In this document: one piece after another, positions 15,787-24,950 of the stretch
Position numbering within the stretch: the stretch's first letter is position 1
Layout of the letters: the number at the start of each line of letters is the position of its first letter
Source: Gemmatimonadales bacterium
GTDB taxonomy: Bacteria; Gemmatimonadota; Gemmatimonadetes; Gemmatimonadales; GWC2-71-9
Length of the DNA stretch: 39,743 bases
Assembly: GCA_035577525.1 (NCBI GenBank)
Contig: DATLVL010000323.1
Location: 1 to 39,743, forward strand
Direction: 5' to 3'
Translations under genes and position numbers: made by a program
Notes under the pieces: model-generated
Seen by the model: the letters and a program-made list of their open reading frames with translations, nothing else
What the model was told of the DNA's origin: nothing
Database searches by the model: none

Positions 15787-18700
15787 CAGGCTGCGGGCTC
15801 CCCTGCGACGGTGTACGGCGTCGGGACGGTCTTGCGCACCGCGCGTTGCTTGATGTCGGCGTCGCCCAGCGAGCGAACGAACAGCACGTCGCTATTCTGC
15901 GATGCGTTGCTGATCGCCTTCGAGAGCAGCTGGTTTTTCACACTGATGTCACCGTTCTTATACAGCGTCGAATCCATCACCGCCGCGACCTGCTGGCGGA
16001 TCTGCTCGCCTCGAGCGCGCTGGACCTGGTCCTGCTCTTCGGGGGTCAGGTCAATGGCCCAGCCATTGCCGACATTGACCGACTTGGCCGGCGGCGGAAT
16101 CCGGACGTCGTTGGCGCGCAGCGCCTGCAGCGTCGGCTCGTCGCGCAGGATGTCCGCCCGCAGCGGCAGCGCAAACGCCGCGGCGCCCGAGATGCCCTGC
16201 GTCCGCGGCTCGCCGATCGCCGTGAGCGACTCGGGCACATTCCCGCTCACACCTGGATAGTTGGCCTCCATCGCCTCGACCAGTCCCATCAGACCGTCGT
16301 GCGGGTTACGGCTCGCCACGCCGTACGCGCGCTGAATCTGACGCCCCATCGCCGAGTACGGACCGTAGCTGCTGACCAGGCTCTCGAGGAACTTGTTTGC
16401 ATACCGGGACGGGTCGTGCAGCACGTTGACCGTGTCCGACAGGCCCTGCAGGAAGGTGTTGTCGAGGACGTACTGCCCGATGCTGGTCGCCGCCCGAGCC
16501 ACCTCGTCCTTGTCCAGCAGACTGTGCCCGCGCTTGGCAGCGTCGGTCAGGATCGCCGCCATCGCCAGCGGCGCGCCCGCGGCGCCGAAGTTCTGCATCG
16601 GGATGTAGTACGTGTTGCCGCTGACCGGATCTTCAGCCACCATCGACCACTCGCGCCAACCCTGCGGGTAGGTGCTGGCCTCATTCGGGTCGTACGCGCC
16701 CGTCAGCATGCTCTTGCCACCGGTGAACGTGCCGGCGCCCAGCCCGATACCGAGACCCACGATCGCCGTGCCGATGGCCGTCCTGGCGATCCGCTGCTCG
16801 GCCAGCAGCGTGGCCCGGTCGAGCTGCGCCGTGGTCGCCTTGCCGGTCGCCTCGAGCGCGCCGCGCGCGCGGACCGCTTCGATCGAGCCGGCCACGCCGA
16901 ACGGCGACAGGCCCATGCCCTGGGCGGTGATGTTGGCCGGCGTCTTGATGAACGGCAGGGGTTGGGAGACGACCCCGCGCGCGGCGCCCCGCGGCGCCGG
17001 AATCCAGTCACGGTGCTCCTGGAAGACCATCCGCAGCATGGCGTCGTGGGCTTCCTTGTACAGGTCGGGGTAGTCCTCGAGATTCTTGATGATGTTCGCC
17101 CTGCGCCCGGCGAGCTGCTCGCCGCGGAATCCCTCGCGGTAGGCGTACCTGGTCGCGACCCGCGCGGCCTGCATCGCGAACGCGCCACCCCTGAACAACT
17201 GGTCCTCGGCTTGCAGCGCCCGCAGCGGACCTTCCAACGCGGCGTCGACCTTGCCCGAGCCGGAAGCGAAGCCTGGGCGGATGTTCTCGAGTTTGACCGC
17301 ATCCGCGGGCGTGATCCCCGTCTGCAGGATCTTCACCGCGTCCGGCATCGACGCCAGGAAGCCCGGTCCGTACGCCTCGAGCATCGGTCCGAGCTCGGCC
17401 ATGTAGGCAACCCGCCGCCCGCCGGTCGCCCTGGCGCGGGCCCAGTCGATCGGCACGACCGCGGCGTGCGTGGCCACCTCGAGCGGCACCTGGGTCACGT
17501 TGCCGACCATGTTGGCCATGTGGGTGATCGTCGACGACAGCAGTCCAGCGATACGCAGCGTCTGCGCCCTGGCCCACCAGCCGGGTGTCATCAGCCCCTT
17601 GACGAACTTGCCGGCGGCCAGCGGGTCGTTCGAGTTGACCGCCTCGACATAGGCAGCCAGGAGCTCGCGCGACGGTCTGGCGCCGCCGACCGCCTCGAGC
17701 AGGGTGGTCGCCTTCTGGGTCTGGAGGCTCTGCCGCTTCGACTCGAGATTCCACGCCCGCTTCGCGTCAGCTTCCGCGGACTTCGCGGCCAGGTCCGCGG
17801 CCTTGCGGTACTGCTCGATGTACAACCCGCCGCGGAAGGCGTTACGTTTCGCCACGGCATTCTCGTTGGCCTTCGAGTCCCAGAACGCCATCGTCTCCCA
17901 GGTGTCTTTGCGCTTGGCGAAGTTGTCGCGTTCGGCTTTCAGCTCGGCCTGCAGCGCCGAAAGGAGCTCTTGCGGCGGCTCGCGGACAGCCGCTTTCCGC
18001 CTCGCGGCGGCAGCATCGCGCTGGGCTTTCAGCGCGTTGTAGTCGTCCGCTTTCTCGTGCAGCGACATGGCCTGGTAGCGATCGAGCTGGTCGTACGCCT
18101 CGGCGATCTGGTCGATGATGCTGTTGGAAACCTTGACCCTGGGCGGCGGCGTGCCGGGCATGCCGACCTGCTCACCCGGTCCGACAGGACCACGACGCTC
18201 CGGTGGAATGTTCTCGTAGCCACGTTCGCGTGCAGCAATCTGCTCCTCTTCAGTCGATGGCACTGGGGTGACATCACCGCGCCGCAAGCGCTTGACGACC
18301 GCCTGCTTCTCGGCATCGAGCTCCTTGGCCTGCTCGAGCTGCTGCGTGGCCCGCTTGACGGCGGCCCGCGCCTGCGACGCCAACCTGGTCGCGGCGATGC
18401 GATCGTTGCTGGCGGTAATGCCGCGCGCCAGCGTCGCGTCCAGCCGATTTTTCAGCGCATTCAGCGTGCGACCCGCGGTCGTCCGTCCACCCCTGGCAAC
18501 CGCCAGCAGCCGGGTGTTATTGACCAGCTCGTTGAGCCCGTACGCGACTTGCTCGGGCGACAGCGCATCGACACCGCCACGCGCGGCGATGTCCTTGGCC
18601 ATCTGCTCCGAGCGCGCTTGCGCGTCGATCGCCGCGGCCTGCAACGCGACCATCTCTTCGGTGCTGAAGCCCTTGCCGACCGGTGTTTTGAGCCACTGCT

Positions 18701-21700
18701 CGCGCGTCATGCCGACCTTCGTCGCCAGGTCGGTGACCAGCGAGTCGTGGCTGATCCGCCCCTGACGATAGGCGTCGAAGAGCTCGGGGTTGTCTTCCGC
18801 GGCGCGCTGGATCTGGGCGCGGACCTCGGGCATGTCGCCCTTGAGCATCGCGTCGAGGTTCGGCATACGCGCGACGGTTTCGCTGCTCGGCTCGCCGACG
18901 CGGGCGGCCTCCACGTCGCTGATGCCGCGACCGGTGACGCCGCCCCTGGTGCCGACGACCTCACCTGGTGCCTCGCGCAGACCGTCACCGGTGAGCGGGT
19001 CGGCGTACGACTTCCTGCCGTTCTGGGTGACGATGTCTTCCGCCAGCGAGCCGGGCCCTGACGACGCCTGCTCGGTCGCGTACGGTCCGTGCGGCGCCTC
19101 TTCCTCCCCACCCGCGAACGGCAGGTCAGCCGGCGTCTGCGTCCGAGTCGTGAACCGCTGGCCTGGCGCCGCGTTGCCGAGTTGATCTGCGGCGGCCTGG
19201 ATGTCGCGCTGCTCGGCGGCAAGCGTGTTGCGCTCCGCCCTGAGCTCCGTCGGCGTCGGCTCGCGGCCCGCGTTCGGCGTGCGGAATCCACCCTCCGCCA
19301 GTCGCTTGACCTCGTCGGAGCCCGTGTTCAGCCCGACCTTCTCCCACCACAGCGGCTCGTACGGACTCGCGCCGTGACTGCTGGCGACCTGCGCCAGCTC
19401 GTCGTTGGTCCAGCCAGCCGCCCACGGCGGCCGCTCCGGTTTGGCATTCGGATTGCGTAACTGCTCGTCGATCGACGCGAGTCGGTCCTGATTCTGCTGG
19501 TAGCGCTGGTCCAACTGGTCGTAGTGCGCCGCGAGCTGCTCGTCGGTCATCGGCGTCTCGCCAGCAGCGGCTTCCCGCAGCAGGTGCGGGTTGCTGTGCA
19601 CCTCGCTCAGGCTCTGGGGTGGCGCGCCGGCTGGCTCCCGACCGACGGGACCAGGCCGCTCCGGTGGCAACTGCTCGCCCGGCACGATCGGCACCTCGCC
19701 GCGTTCGCTGCGCGCCAACTCGGCAACGTCGGCCATGCGCGGTGCGCGGAAGCCCCCCTCGAGCGCGCGCGGGACGAGTCGGCCAGCGGCCAGGCCGGCA
19801 CCGGCGCCCAGCGCGATGTTGCGCAGGCGCTCTTCGGGCGTGGCGTTCTCGGGTGTCGCGACGTTGCCGGCCACGCCGCCCGCGACGGCGCCGCCTACGT
19901 TGAGGTGGAGGCCGAGGGTGGATTCTGCGCGTTGTCGGGCGCCACGAAGCCCTCCCCCGGTGGCAGCGGCGGCTCCTGCTTCCGCGGCCGGAGCGGCGTC
20001 GCGGAAGACGGCTTGCGCGAGTTGCTGCCGACGAACGCCGTCCCCTGCTTGTAGACCCAGTGGTCCGGCGGCGCCGGCTTGACTCCCAGCGCGTCCAGCT
20101 CCGCGCGCTCCTGGTCCTCCGGACTCAACGGCATGTGTCGCTCCTCTGTAGTCTGTAAGTGTACCCGATATCCCTTCTGCGTTCAGGATTTGTTGCACTT
20201 GACGAACGAGCGCGACCGCCTTGCCCTCCATCAATGGCACGCGCACGCCCATGCCGGCCGTCTCCCTGAGGACCGGTAGCCCTTGCGCGCGCAGCGCATC
20301 CGAGAGGCGCGCCTGGTCCGCGCGAGATCCTAGGTCAACCGCGATGCCGCCCGCGCTTTTCGCGGTCGGGTCGGCGTGGTTGAAGCGGTCAGCACCGAGC
20401 CGCTGGCCGATCAGGTGCGCGGCGTCGTCGCCCACGCCGGCCACCGTGACGTAGGCGTGCCCGGCCGTCTGCTGAACGTCATGCTCGAGCGCGAGCCACG
20501 GGATCTTGCCCGTCGACGGGTCGACCTGGAGCTCTCCTGGTACGCGAATGACCGGCTGATCGGCGAGTGCCAGGTCGCGCAGCGCAGTCGCCGGCTCGGC
20601 CCCGACTGGACGGCGGATGCCCGTCTTCGGCCCGCTGACCGTGCCGTACTCGAAACCGCTCGGGTCCAGGATGGTGCGCTTCTGCAGCGCGGACTGGATC
20701 GACGGGTGGTAGAGCGCGATGTCGCCCAGCGCCGTCGCGCTCGCCGGTGGCGGAGCGTTGTAGCTGCCGTTCTGACGGATGCGGTCGCGTACGTCGTTGA
20801 TCTTGTTCGACCACGAAGTAGGCGGACCCATCCGTGGACCTCTGACTTCGTCAAGACCACCCGTCGCCAGCGTCTGCGGGTTGAGCAAGCCCGCTTGCTG
20901 CCCCTGCTTGATCGCGTCCGAGAGCCCGATGCGATCGTTGCGGAGCTCGGGCCCGATAATCGGATCGGTCCACAGCGTGCGGAACGTCGTCCACCCCGCG
21001 GCCTGCGCCTGGTCAGGCGGCAGGTTCATCTCGCGCGCCACCCAATTTGTCAGCGCGTGCATGGTGCGGTACGCCTGGTCATTCTGCGACACGTCCGGCA
21101 GCGGCTTACCGCCCTGCACGTCTGGCCTGGCGCCGAACAGCCGGCCCTGATGGACGTCCTGCGTTGAGTACGGCGCGTACGACTCGCTCAGCGCGTGCAG
21201 GAAATCCTGGGTGTAGCTGCTGAGTTTGGCCCCTGACGGGACCGGCACCTCGCCCGTGCGATAGCCGCGCATGACCTTCGCCAGCATGTCGTCGTCGATG
21301 TACGCCGAGTCAGCGCGGACCAGCGCTTGTACGTCCTTGAACGCCGTCGTCGCCTTGACCTGCGGCAAGTCCAGGTTCTCCAAGCCGACCAGGTCGGGCT
21401 TGGCCTGACGCATGGCGTCGAAGACCGACAGCATGGCGTGGTAGTTGGGCTGCACCCCTGCGTTGCCGCCGGTCGCTCCCATCAGCACCGCCGCCTCGCG
21501 CGGGTTGATGTCCTGACCGGTGTCCTGGCGGACCTGCTGCACGATCTGCTGATACCAGCGCGCCGCGGGCAGACCAGCTTCGGTCGCGTCGCGGACCTCC
21601 TGCAGACCACGCGAGCGCGAGCCGGCCATGCCCGGCAGTGACGCGACGTCGGCGCCGCTGATCGTTGGCCGCGGCGTGCCCTGCTGGCGTGCCTGGTCCT

Positions 21701-24302
21701 GCAGGAACGTCTCGGTCGTGTGCTCGGGCGTGCCTGGCTCATAGCCCGGTCGCGGCACGGCTTGACCGTGCAGCACATCCTGCTGCGCCGGCAAACGCAC
21801 GCCCCCCGCCTCCGAGCCGAGGAACTCCGCTACCCGCGGACGAAGCTCTGCGGCGCGATCGATCAGGGTCTGCCCGATGCGCCGCACGACGGGCGCTGCC
21901 GCGGCACTGCCCACGTCCGCCGCCGCGCCGAAGCCGGCCCCTTGCCAGAGCGCGGTAAACACCGATTCAGGCGTCGCGTCCGGCTTCTCGGCCTCCAACA
22001 GCGCGTTCTGAACGCCGCCGATGATGGCCCCGGACGCCAGCTTGTCGGCGACCGTCGACGCGAACTCCACCGCCCGCGGAGCCAGACGACCCGTCAGCAC
22101 GCCGCCAACTCGCTCGGCAGTCGCCGCCCCCGCGGCTCGCCCGAGCCCCATCGACGGGCCAAACGTGGCGATCATCAGTGGGTCCGTGAGCTGCTGGGCG
22201 ATGCTCGTCGTCAGACCGCCCAGAACCAGCACGTCGCGGGCCGGGTTGTTCTGCTCGAGCCACTGGTTCTTGACGTTCTGCGCGTCCTGGTACTGCTGCA
22301 GGCTGATGCCCATCGGCGGGTTGGCGCCGATGATCTGGTTCCAGGCGTTGGATGCGACGTCGCCGACCGTAATCGGCTCGTTGCCGCGCCGGTTCATCGC
22401 CTCCGCCGCGGCCTGGACGTCGCGCTGGTACTGCTCGTCGGCGGCCTGACGCTCCTGCGGCGTTCGGTTCAGCCCGTAGGCGTTGGACACCGCGCCGCCC
22501 AGGTCGGTTACGACGCCGCGCGCACCCGCCCCGATATCGCTGGCCACGCCACCCAGCACCGGCGTTGCCGCCTGGACTGCTGCCGCGCCGGGCTGCAGGC
22601 GGTTGATGTCCTGCGCGGTCTGACCGACTTGCTGCGCCGCTCCACCGAGCGCTGGCGTAATGGCCCGCACCGCTTCCGTACCGGGCTGGATGCGGTTGAT
22701 GTCCTGCGCTGCGCCCAGGACACCCTGCGCCGCGCTGCCCAAGTCCGACGCCACCTGGCCCACTCGAGTGGTAACGGCCTCTGCCGCGCCGCCCAGCACG
22801 TCCTGCGCGGTCTGGATCGGCGTCGGCCCCTGGTCGGCGACGACGTTGCCACTGGCGTCCTGCATGCCGCCCATGACCAGCGGCGCCCTGGCCTGGGGTC
22901 GACCGCCGAGGTTGATCGGCTCGTCGCTGGCGGTCACCGAGCCCTTGGCAGGGACATTGGGGTTGTTGGAGAACAGCGCGCCCTGCGCGGTGCCCATCAG
23001 GTTTTCCATCTGGGCCGGCGTCATCCACTCCGCGCCGCCCTTCAGATCCAGCCCCGAACGTCCAACGTGAAACGCGCCGGACTCCGCGTTGTAGCCGTCG
23101 GCGTAGAAGTAGTGGCCCGGCGTACTGATGGTGACCGGGTTGCCGGTCGCCGCTTCCTTGGCATACGCCGACCAGTCGCGGCCGACGATCTTGGTGTCGA
23201 TGCCGAGGTTGGTCATCAGCTTCTGCTCGCTGGCGATGCCGGCCATGCCGCCCTGCGACGTCCAGCCAACGTCCTTGGCCAGGTCGGTCGCCTCGCGCAG
23301 CGTCGGATTGCGCCCGAACCGCTCCGCGAACCTGACCGCGGCCGCGGGCCCGCAGGCTGCGTAGGCCTCCGCGCTGGTCAGCTGGCTGTCGCCGAACTGC
23401 GAGACATCTTGATAGCCCAGGTCACTGGCGGGTCGCGTGCTGCGCTGCTGCGCGCTCGAGAGGATCGTCTTGACGTAGTTCTGCGTTTCGGCAAACGGTG
23501 GTACGCCGCCGTACTGGTCAACGGCTCCGCCGCCCGCGTTGTAGGCCGCAAGCACCTTCGAGTAGTCGCCGTTGTACTTCTTCAGGTTCTGTGCATCGAG
23601 CCGCGCCGCGGCATCCAGACTGGCGTACGGATCGGTCGGATCGACACCCACGCCCTGCGCGGTGGTGGGCATGAACTGGGCGACACCGAGCGCACCCGCG
23701 GGTGACTTGGCCGTAGGGTCGAAGCCGGATTCTTGCTGGATCTGGGCAACGAAAATCTGCGGATCGATGCCCGCGCGCTGAGCCGCGGCCCTGGCGTAGT
23801 CCTGTAGCGACATCGACCGGTCTGGTGGTGCCGCGGCCGCGCTGGTATCGACAGGTGCGCCACCGCTGATCGACGGCTGCCCGCCGCCAAGCGTCTGGAT
23901 CGTCGGCTGCACCGCCGTCGCCAGTGACTGCAGTCCGCTCTGTGCGCCACCGGTCAGGGTGTTGACGTGGTCCAGCAGCGCGCTCTGCACCTGGTCGCGC
24001 TGCGCGCCGAGCTCAGTCAGCGCGCCGCCGACAGCCTGCTGCCCCTGGCCCAGGACCTGCAGCGCGTTCTGCTGCGCGCCCTGTGTCAGGCCGTTGACGT
24101 GTTGCAGCAGCGTGCTCTGCACCTGGTCGGGCGACGGCACCTGGATCTGTGGCGGCGCCTGCGCCAGTCCAGCAGCGGCCTGCACCGGCTGCACGACCTG
24201 CTGGCCGACCTGCTGCGCCTGACCGAGCAGGCTCTGGACGTGCTGGTGAAGCTGGTCCTGGATCGAGTCGCGCAGGTCGTCGAGGAGGATCGTGCCCGGC
24301 AT
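15786..24302 (-). CDS. Giant multidomain virion protein (2838 aa) with an SLT lytic transglycosylase domain and a papain-like cysteine peptidase domain
   Basis: Uninterrupted 8.5-kb ORF. The SLT motif QQESGFDPTAKSPAGALGVAQFMPTTA...AAYNAG is followed by AACGPAA...TPGHYFYADGY. The rest is long helical repeat regions, with a hydrophobic GLGIGLGAG segment near the C-terminus. Confidence 0.85.
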   Translation of the reverse strand: MPGTILLDDLRDSIQDQLHQHVQSLLGQAQQVGQQVVQPVQAAAGLAQAPPQIQVPSPDQVQSTLLQHVNGLTQGAQQNALQVLGQGQQAVGGALTELGAQRDQVQSALLDHVNTLTGGAQSGLQSLATAVQPTIQTLGGGQPSISGGAPVDTSAAAAPPDRSMSLQDYARAAAQRAGIDPQIFVAQIQQESGFDPTAKSPAGALGVAQFMPTTAQGVGVDPTDPYASLDAAARLDAQNLKKYNGDYSKVLAAYNAGGGAVDQYGGVPPFAETQNYVKTILSSAQQRSTRPASDLGYQDVSQFGDSQLTSAEAYAACGPAAAVRFAERFGRNPTLREATDLAKDVGWTSQGGMAGIASEQKLMTNLGIDTKIVGRDWSAYAKEAATGNPVTISTPGHYFYADGYNAESGAFHVGRSGLDLKGGAEWMTPAQMENLMGTAQGALFSNNPNVPAKGSVTASDEPINLGGRPQARAPLVMGGMQDASGNVVADQGPTPIQTAQDVLGGAAEAVTTRVGQVASDLGSAAQGVLGAAQDINRIQPGTEAVRAITPALGGAAQQVGQTAQDINRLQPGAAAVQAATPVLGGVASDIGAGARGVVTDLGGAVSNAYGLNRTPQERQAADEQYQRDVQAAAEAMNRRGNEPITVGDVASNAWNQIIGANPPMGISLQQYQDAQNVKNQWLEQNNPARDVLVLGGLTTSIAQQLTDPLMIATFGPSMGLGRAAGAATAERVGGVLTGRLAPRAVEFASTVADKLASGAIIGGVQNALLEAEKPDATPESVFTALWQGAGFGAAADVGSAAAAPVVRRIGQTLIDRAAELRPRVAEFLGSEAGGVRLPAQQDVLHGQAVPRPGYEPGTPEHTTETFLQDQARQQGTPRPTISGADVASLPGMAGSRSRGLQEVRDATEAGLPAARWYQQIVQQVRQDTGQDINPREAAVLMGATGGNAGVQPNYHAMLSVFDAMRQAKPDLVGLENLDLPQVKATTAFKDVQALVRADSAYIDDDMLAKVMRGYRTGEVPVPSGAKLSSYTQDFLHALSESYAPYSTQDVHQGRLFGARPDVQGGKPLPDVSQNDQAYRTMHALTNWVAREMNLPPDQAQAAGWTTFRTLWTDPIIGPELRNDRIGLSDAIKQGQQAGLLNPQTLATGGLDEVRGPRMGPPTSWSNKINDVRDRIRQNGSYNAPPPASATALGDIALYHPSIQSALQKRTILDPSGFEYGTVSGPKTGIRRPVGAEPATALRDLALADQPVIRVPGELQVDPSTGKIPWLALEHDVQQTAGHAYVTVAGVGDDAAHLIGQRLGADRFNHADPTAKSAGGIAVDLGSRADQARLSDALRAQGLPVLRETAGMGVRVPLMEGKAVALVRQVQQILNAEGISGTLTDYRGATHAVESGGPGARGAGRAGSQAGAAGPLGLQAGDGVRRQQLAQAVFRDAAPAAEAGAAAATGGGLRGARQRAESTLGLHLNVGGAVAGGVAGNVATPENATPEERLRNIALGAGAGLAAGRLVPRALEGGFRAPRMADVAELARSERGEVPIVPGEQLPPERPGPVGREPAGAPPQSLSEVHSNPHLLREAAAGETPMTDEQLAAHYDQLDQRYQQNQDRLASIDEQLRNPNAKPERPPWAAGWTNDELAQVASSHGASPYEPLWWEKVGLNTGSDEVKRLAEGGFRTPNAGREPTPTELRAERNTLAAEQRDIQAAADQLGNAAPGQRFTTRTQTPADLPFAGGEEEAPHGPYATEQASSGPGSLAEDIVTQNGRKSYADPLTGDGLREAPGEVVGTRGGVTGRGISDVEAARVGEPSSETVARMPNLDAMLKGDMPEVRAQIQRAAEDNPELFDAYRQGRISHDSLVTDLATKVGMTREQWLKTPVGKGFSTEEMVALQAAAIDAQARSEQMAKDIAARGGVDALSPEQVAYGLNELVNNTRLLAVARGGRTTAGRTLNALKNRLDATLARGITASNDRIAATRLASQARAAVKRATQQLEQAKELDAEKQAVVKRLRRGDVTPVPSTEEEQIAARERGYENIPPERRGPVGPGEQVGMPGTPPPRVKVSNSIIDQIAEAYDQLDRYQAMSLHEKADDYNALKAQRDAAAARRKAAVREPPQELLSALQAELKAERDNFAKRKDTWETMAFWDSKANENAVAKRNAFRGGLYIEQYRKAADLAAKSAEADAKRAWNLESKRQSLQTQKATTLLEAVGGARPSRELLAAYVEAVNSNDPLAAGKFVKGLMTPGWWARAQTLRIAGLLSSTITHMANMVGNVTQVPLEVATHAAVVPIDWARARATGGRRVAYMAELGPMLEAYGPGFLASMPDAVKILQTGITPADAVKLENIRPGFASGSGKVDAALEGPLRALQAEDQLFRGGAFAMQAARVATRYAYREGFRGEQLAGRRANIIKNLEDYPDLYKEAHDAMLRMVFQEHRDWIPAPRGAARGVVSQPLPFIKTPANITAQGMGLSPFGVAGSIEAVRARGALEATGKATTAQLDRATLLAEQRIARTAIGTAIVGLGIGLGAGTFTGGKSMLTGAYDPNEASTYPQGWREWSMVAEDPVSGNTYYIPMQNFGAAGAPLAMAAILTDAAKRGHSLLDKDEVARAATSIGQYVLDNTFLQGLSDTVNVLHDPSRYANKFLESLVSSYGPYSAMGRQIQRAYGVASRNPHDGLMGLVEAMEANYPGVSGNVPESLTAIGEPRTQGISGAAAFALPLRADILRDEPTLQALRANDVRIPPPAKSVNVGNGWAIDLTPEEQDQVQRARGEQIRQQVAAVMDSTLYKNGDISVKNQLLSKAISNASQNSDVLFVRSLGDADIKQRAVRKTVPTPYTVAGEPAA
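22983..23390 (-). other. Papain-like Cys peptidase domain of the giant protein, aa ~305-440 (Cys317, His397)
   Basis: The CGPAA and GHYFY motifs have the same Cys-to-His spacing as the endolysin at 1480-1920. Confidence 0.55.
23448..23810 (-). other. SLT (family 1 lytic transglycosylase) domain of the giant protein, aa ~165-285, catalytic Glu191
   Basis: E-S-x-F ... GLMQ-like GVAQF ... AYNAG motif order, with coordinates computed from the ORF start. Confidence 0.8.
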
Positions 24303-24304
24303 GG

Positions 24305-24802
24305 CTACGGACCCGAAGGCGGCAGCGGCAGACCGTTAGGTCCGAGGATGACGGGGACTGGTGGCGGAGCGACCGGTGCGACCGGTAACGCTGCTGGCGG
24401 TGGGAGCACTGGAGTTGGGGCTGGGGCAGGTGGTGGGGCTGGCGCCAGCGCTGCTGACGCGTTCGCCGCGAACGCCTGCATGCCGGCACCGGGTGGCGGG
24501 GGTGGTGCGACGCCTGGGGCGGTGCTCGGTGGCTGCACGCCGATGCGCTTGGCGACGTCCAGGAACTGTTGCGGGTCGCGCCGCGCTTCCGCCTGCAGCC
24601 ACTGCCGATCGTTCGCCATGTACTTCGAGCGGTACAGGTCGTCGAGTTGCGCGTTGCTGACCTGCGCCATGTCGGGATGGTTCTTGTTGTCGCCGAAGAC
24701 GCCCTGCGCGATCTCCGGCGCGTCGCGCTGAATCTCGTTGGTGATCTCCGACTGGAGACGCACGATCTCGTTCTGGCGCGTGCCCGGCGTGGTGTAGGCC
24801 AC
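24305..24802 (-). CDS. Hypothetical head-module protein with a Pro/Ala-rich C-terminus (165 aa)
   Basis: ORF between the portal region and the giant gene. Confidence 0.6.
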   Translation of the reverse strand: MAYTTPGTRQNEIVRLQSEITNEIQRDAPEIAQGVFGDNKNHPDMAQVSNAQLDDLYRSKYMANDRQWLQAEARRDPQQFLDVAKRIGVQPPSTAPGVAPPPPPGAGMQAFAANASAALAPAPPPAPAPTPVLPPPAALPVAPVAPPPVPVILGPNGLPLPPSGP

Positions 24803-24810
24803 GGCTCAGG

Positions 24811-24948
24811 CTATTTGCCCTTGTCCTTCACCCCGCGGCTCTTGTCGAGAGCGATGTCGCGCTTCGAGCCCGGCTTGATGCCTGCCTTCTTGTCGGCGCG
24901 CGCGTCGCTCGACGGCGTGTACTTCACGGTCCTGGTTACGCGAGCCAT
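24811..24948 (-). CDS. 45-aa basic protein (MARVTRTVKYTPSSDARADKKAGIKPGSKRDIALDKSRGVKDKGK)
   Basis: ATG lies 2 nt after the portal stop and is preceded by AGGAGGTG. The 219-aa track ORF 24811-25470 is otherwise an off-frame shadow of the portal gene. Confidence 0.5.
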   Translation of the reverse strand: MARVTRTVKYTPSSDARADKKAGIKPGSKRDIALDKSRGVKDKGK

Positions 24949-24950
24949 GA

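Noticed and set aside
15846-19061. 1071-aa plus-strand ORF, and similar long ORFs at 21720-23705, 20376-21167 and 19524-20082, antisense to the giant gene
   Set aside because: These are Arg/Leu/His/Gly-rich translations typical of antisense frames in GC-rich DNA. They are fully nested in a minus-strand ORF that has recognisable SLT and peptidase motifs and operon coupling. None has a recognisable motif.
15786-24302. Giant ORF as a tape measure protein
   Set aside because: It lies between the portal and scaffold genes, not between tail chaperones and baseplate genes. No tail tube or chaperone frameshift pair is visible, and 2838 aa would imply a tail over 400 nm long. This is not fully excluded without morphology data.
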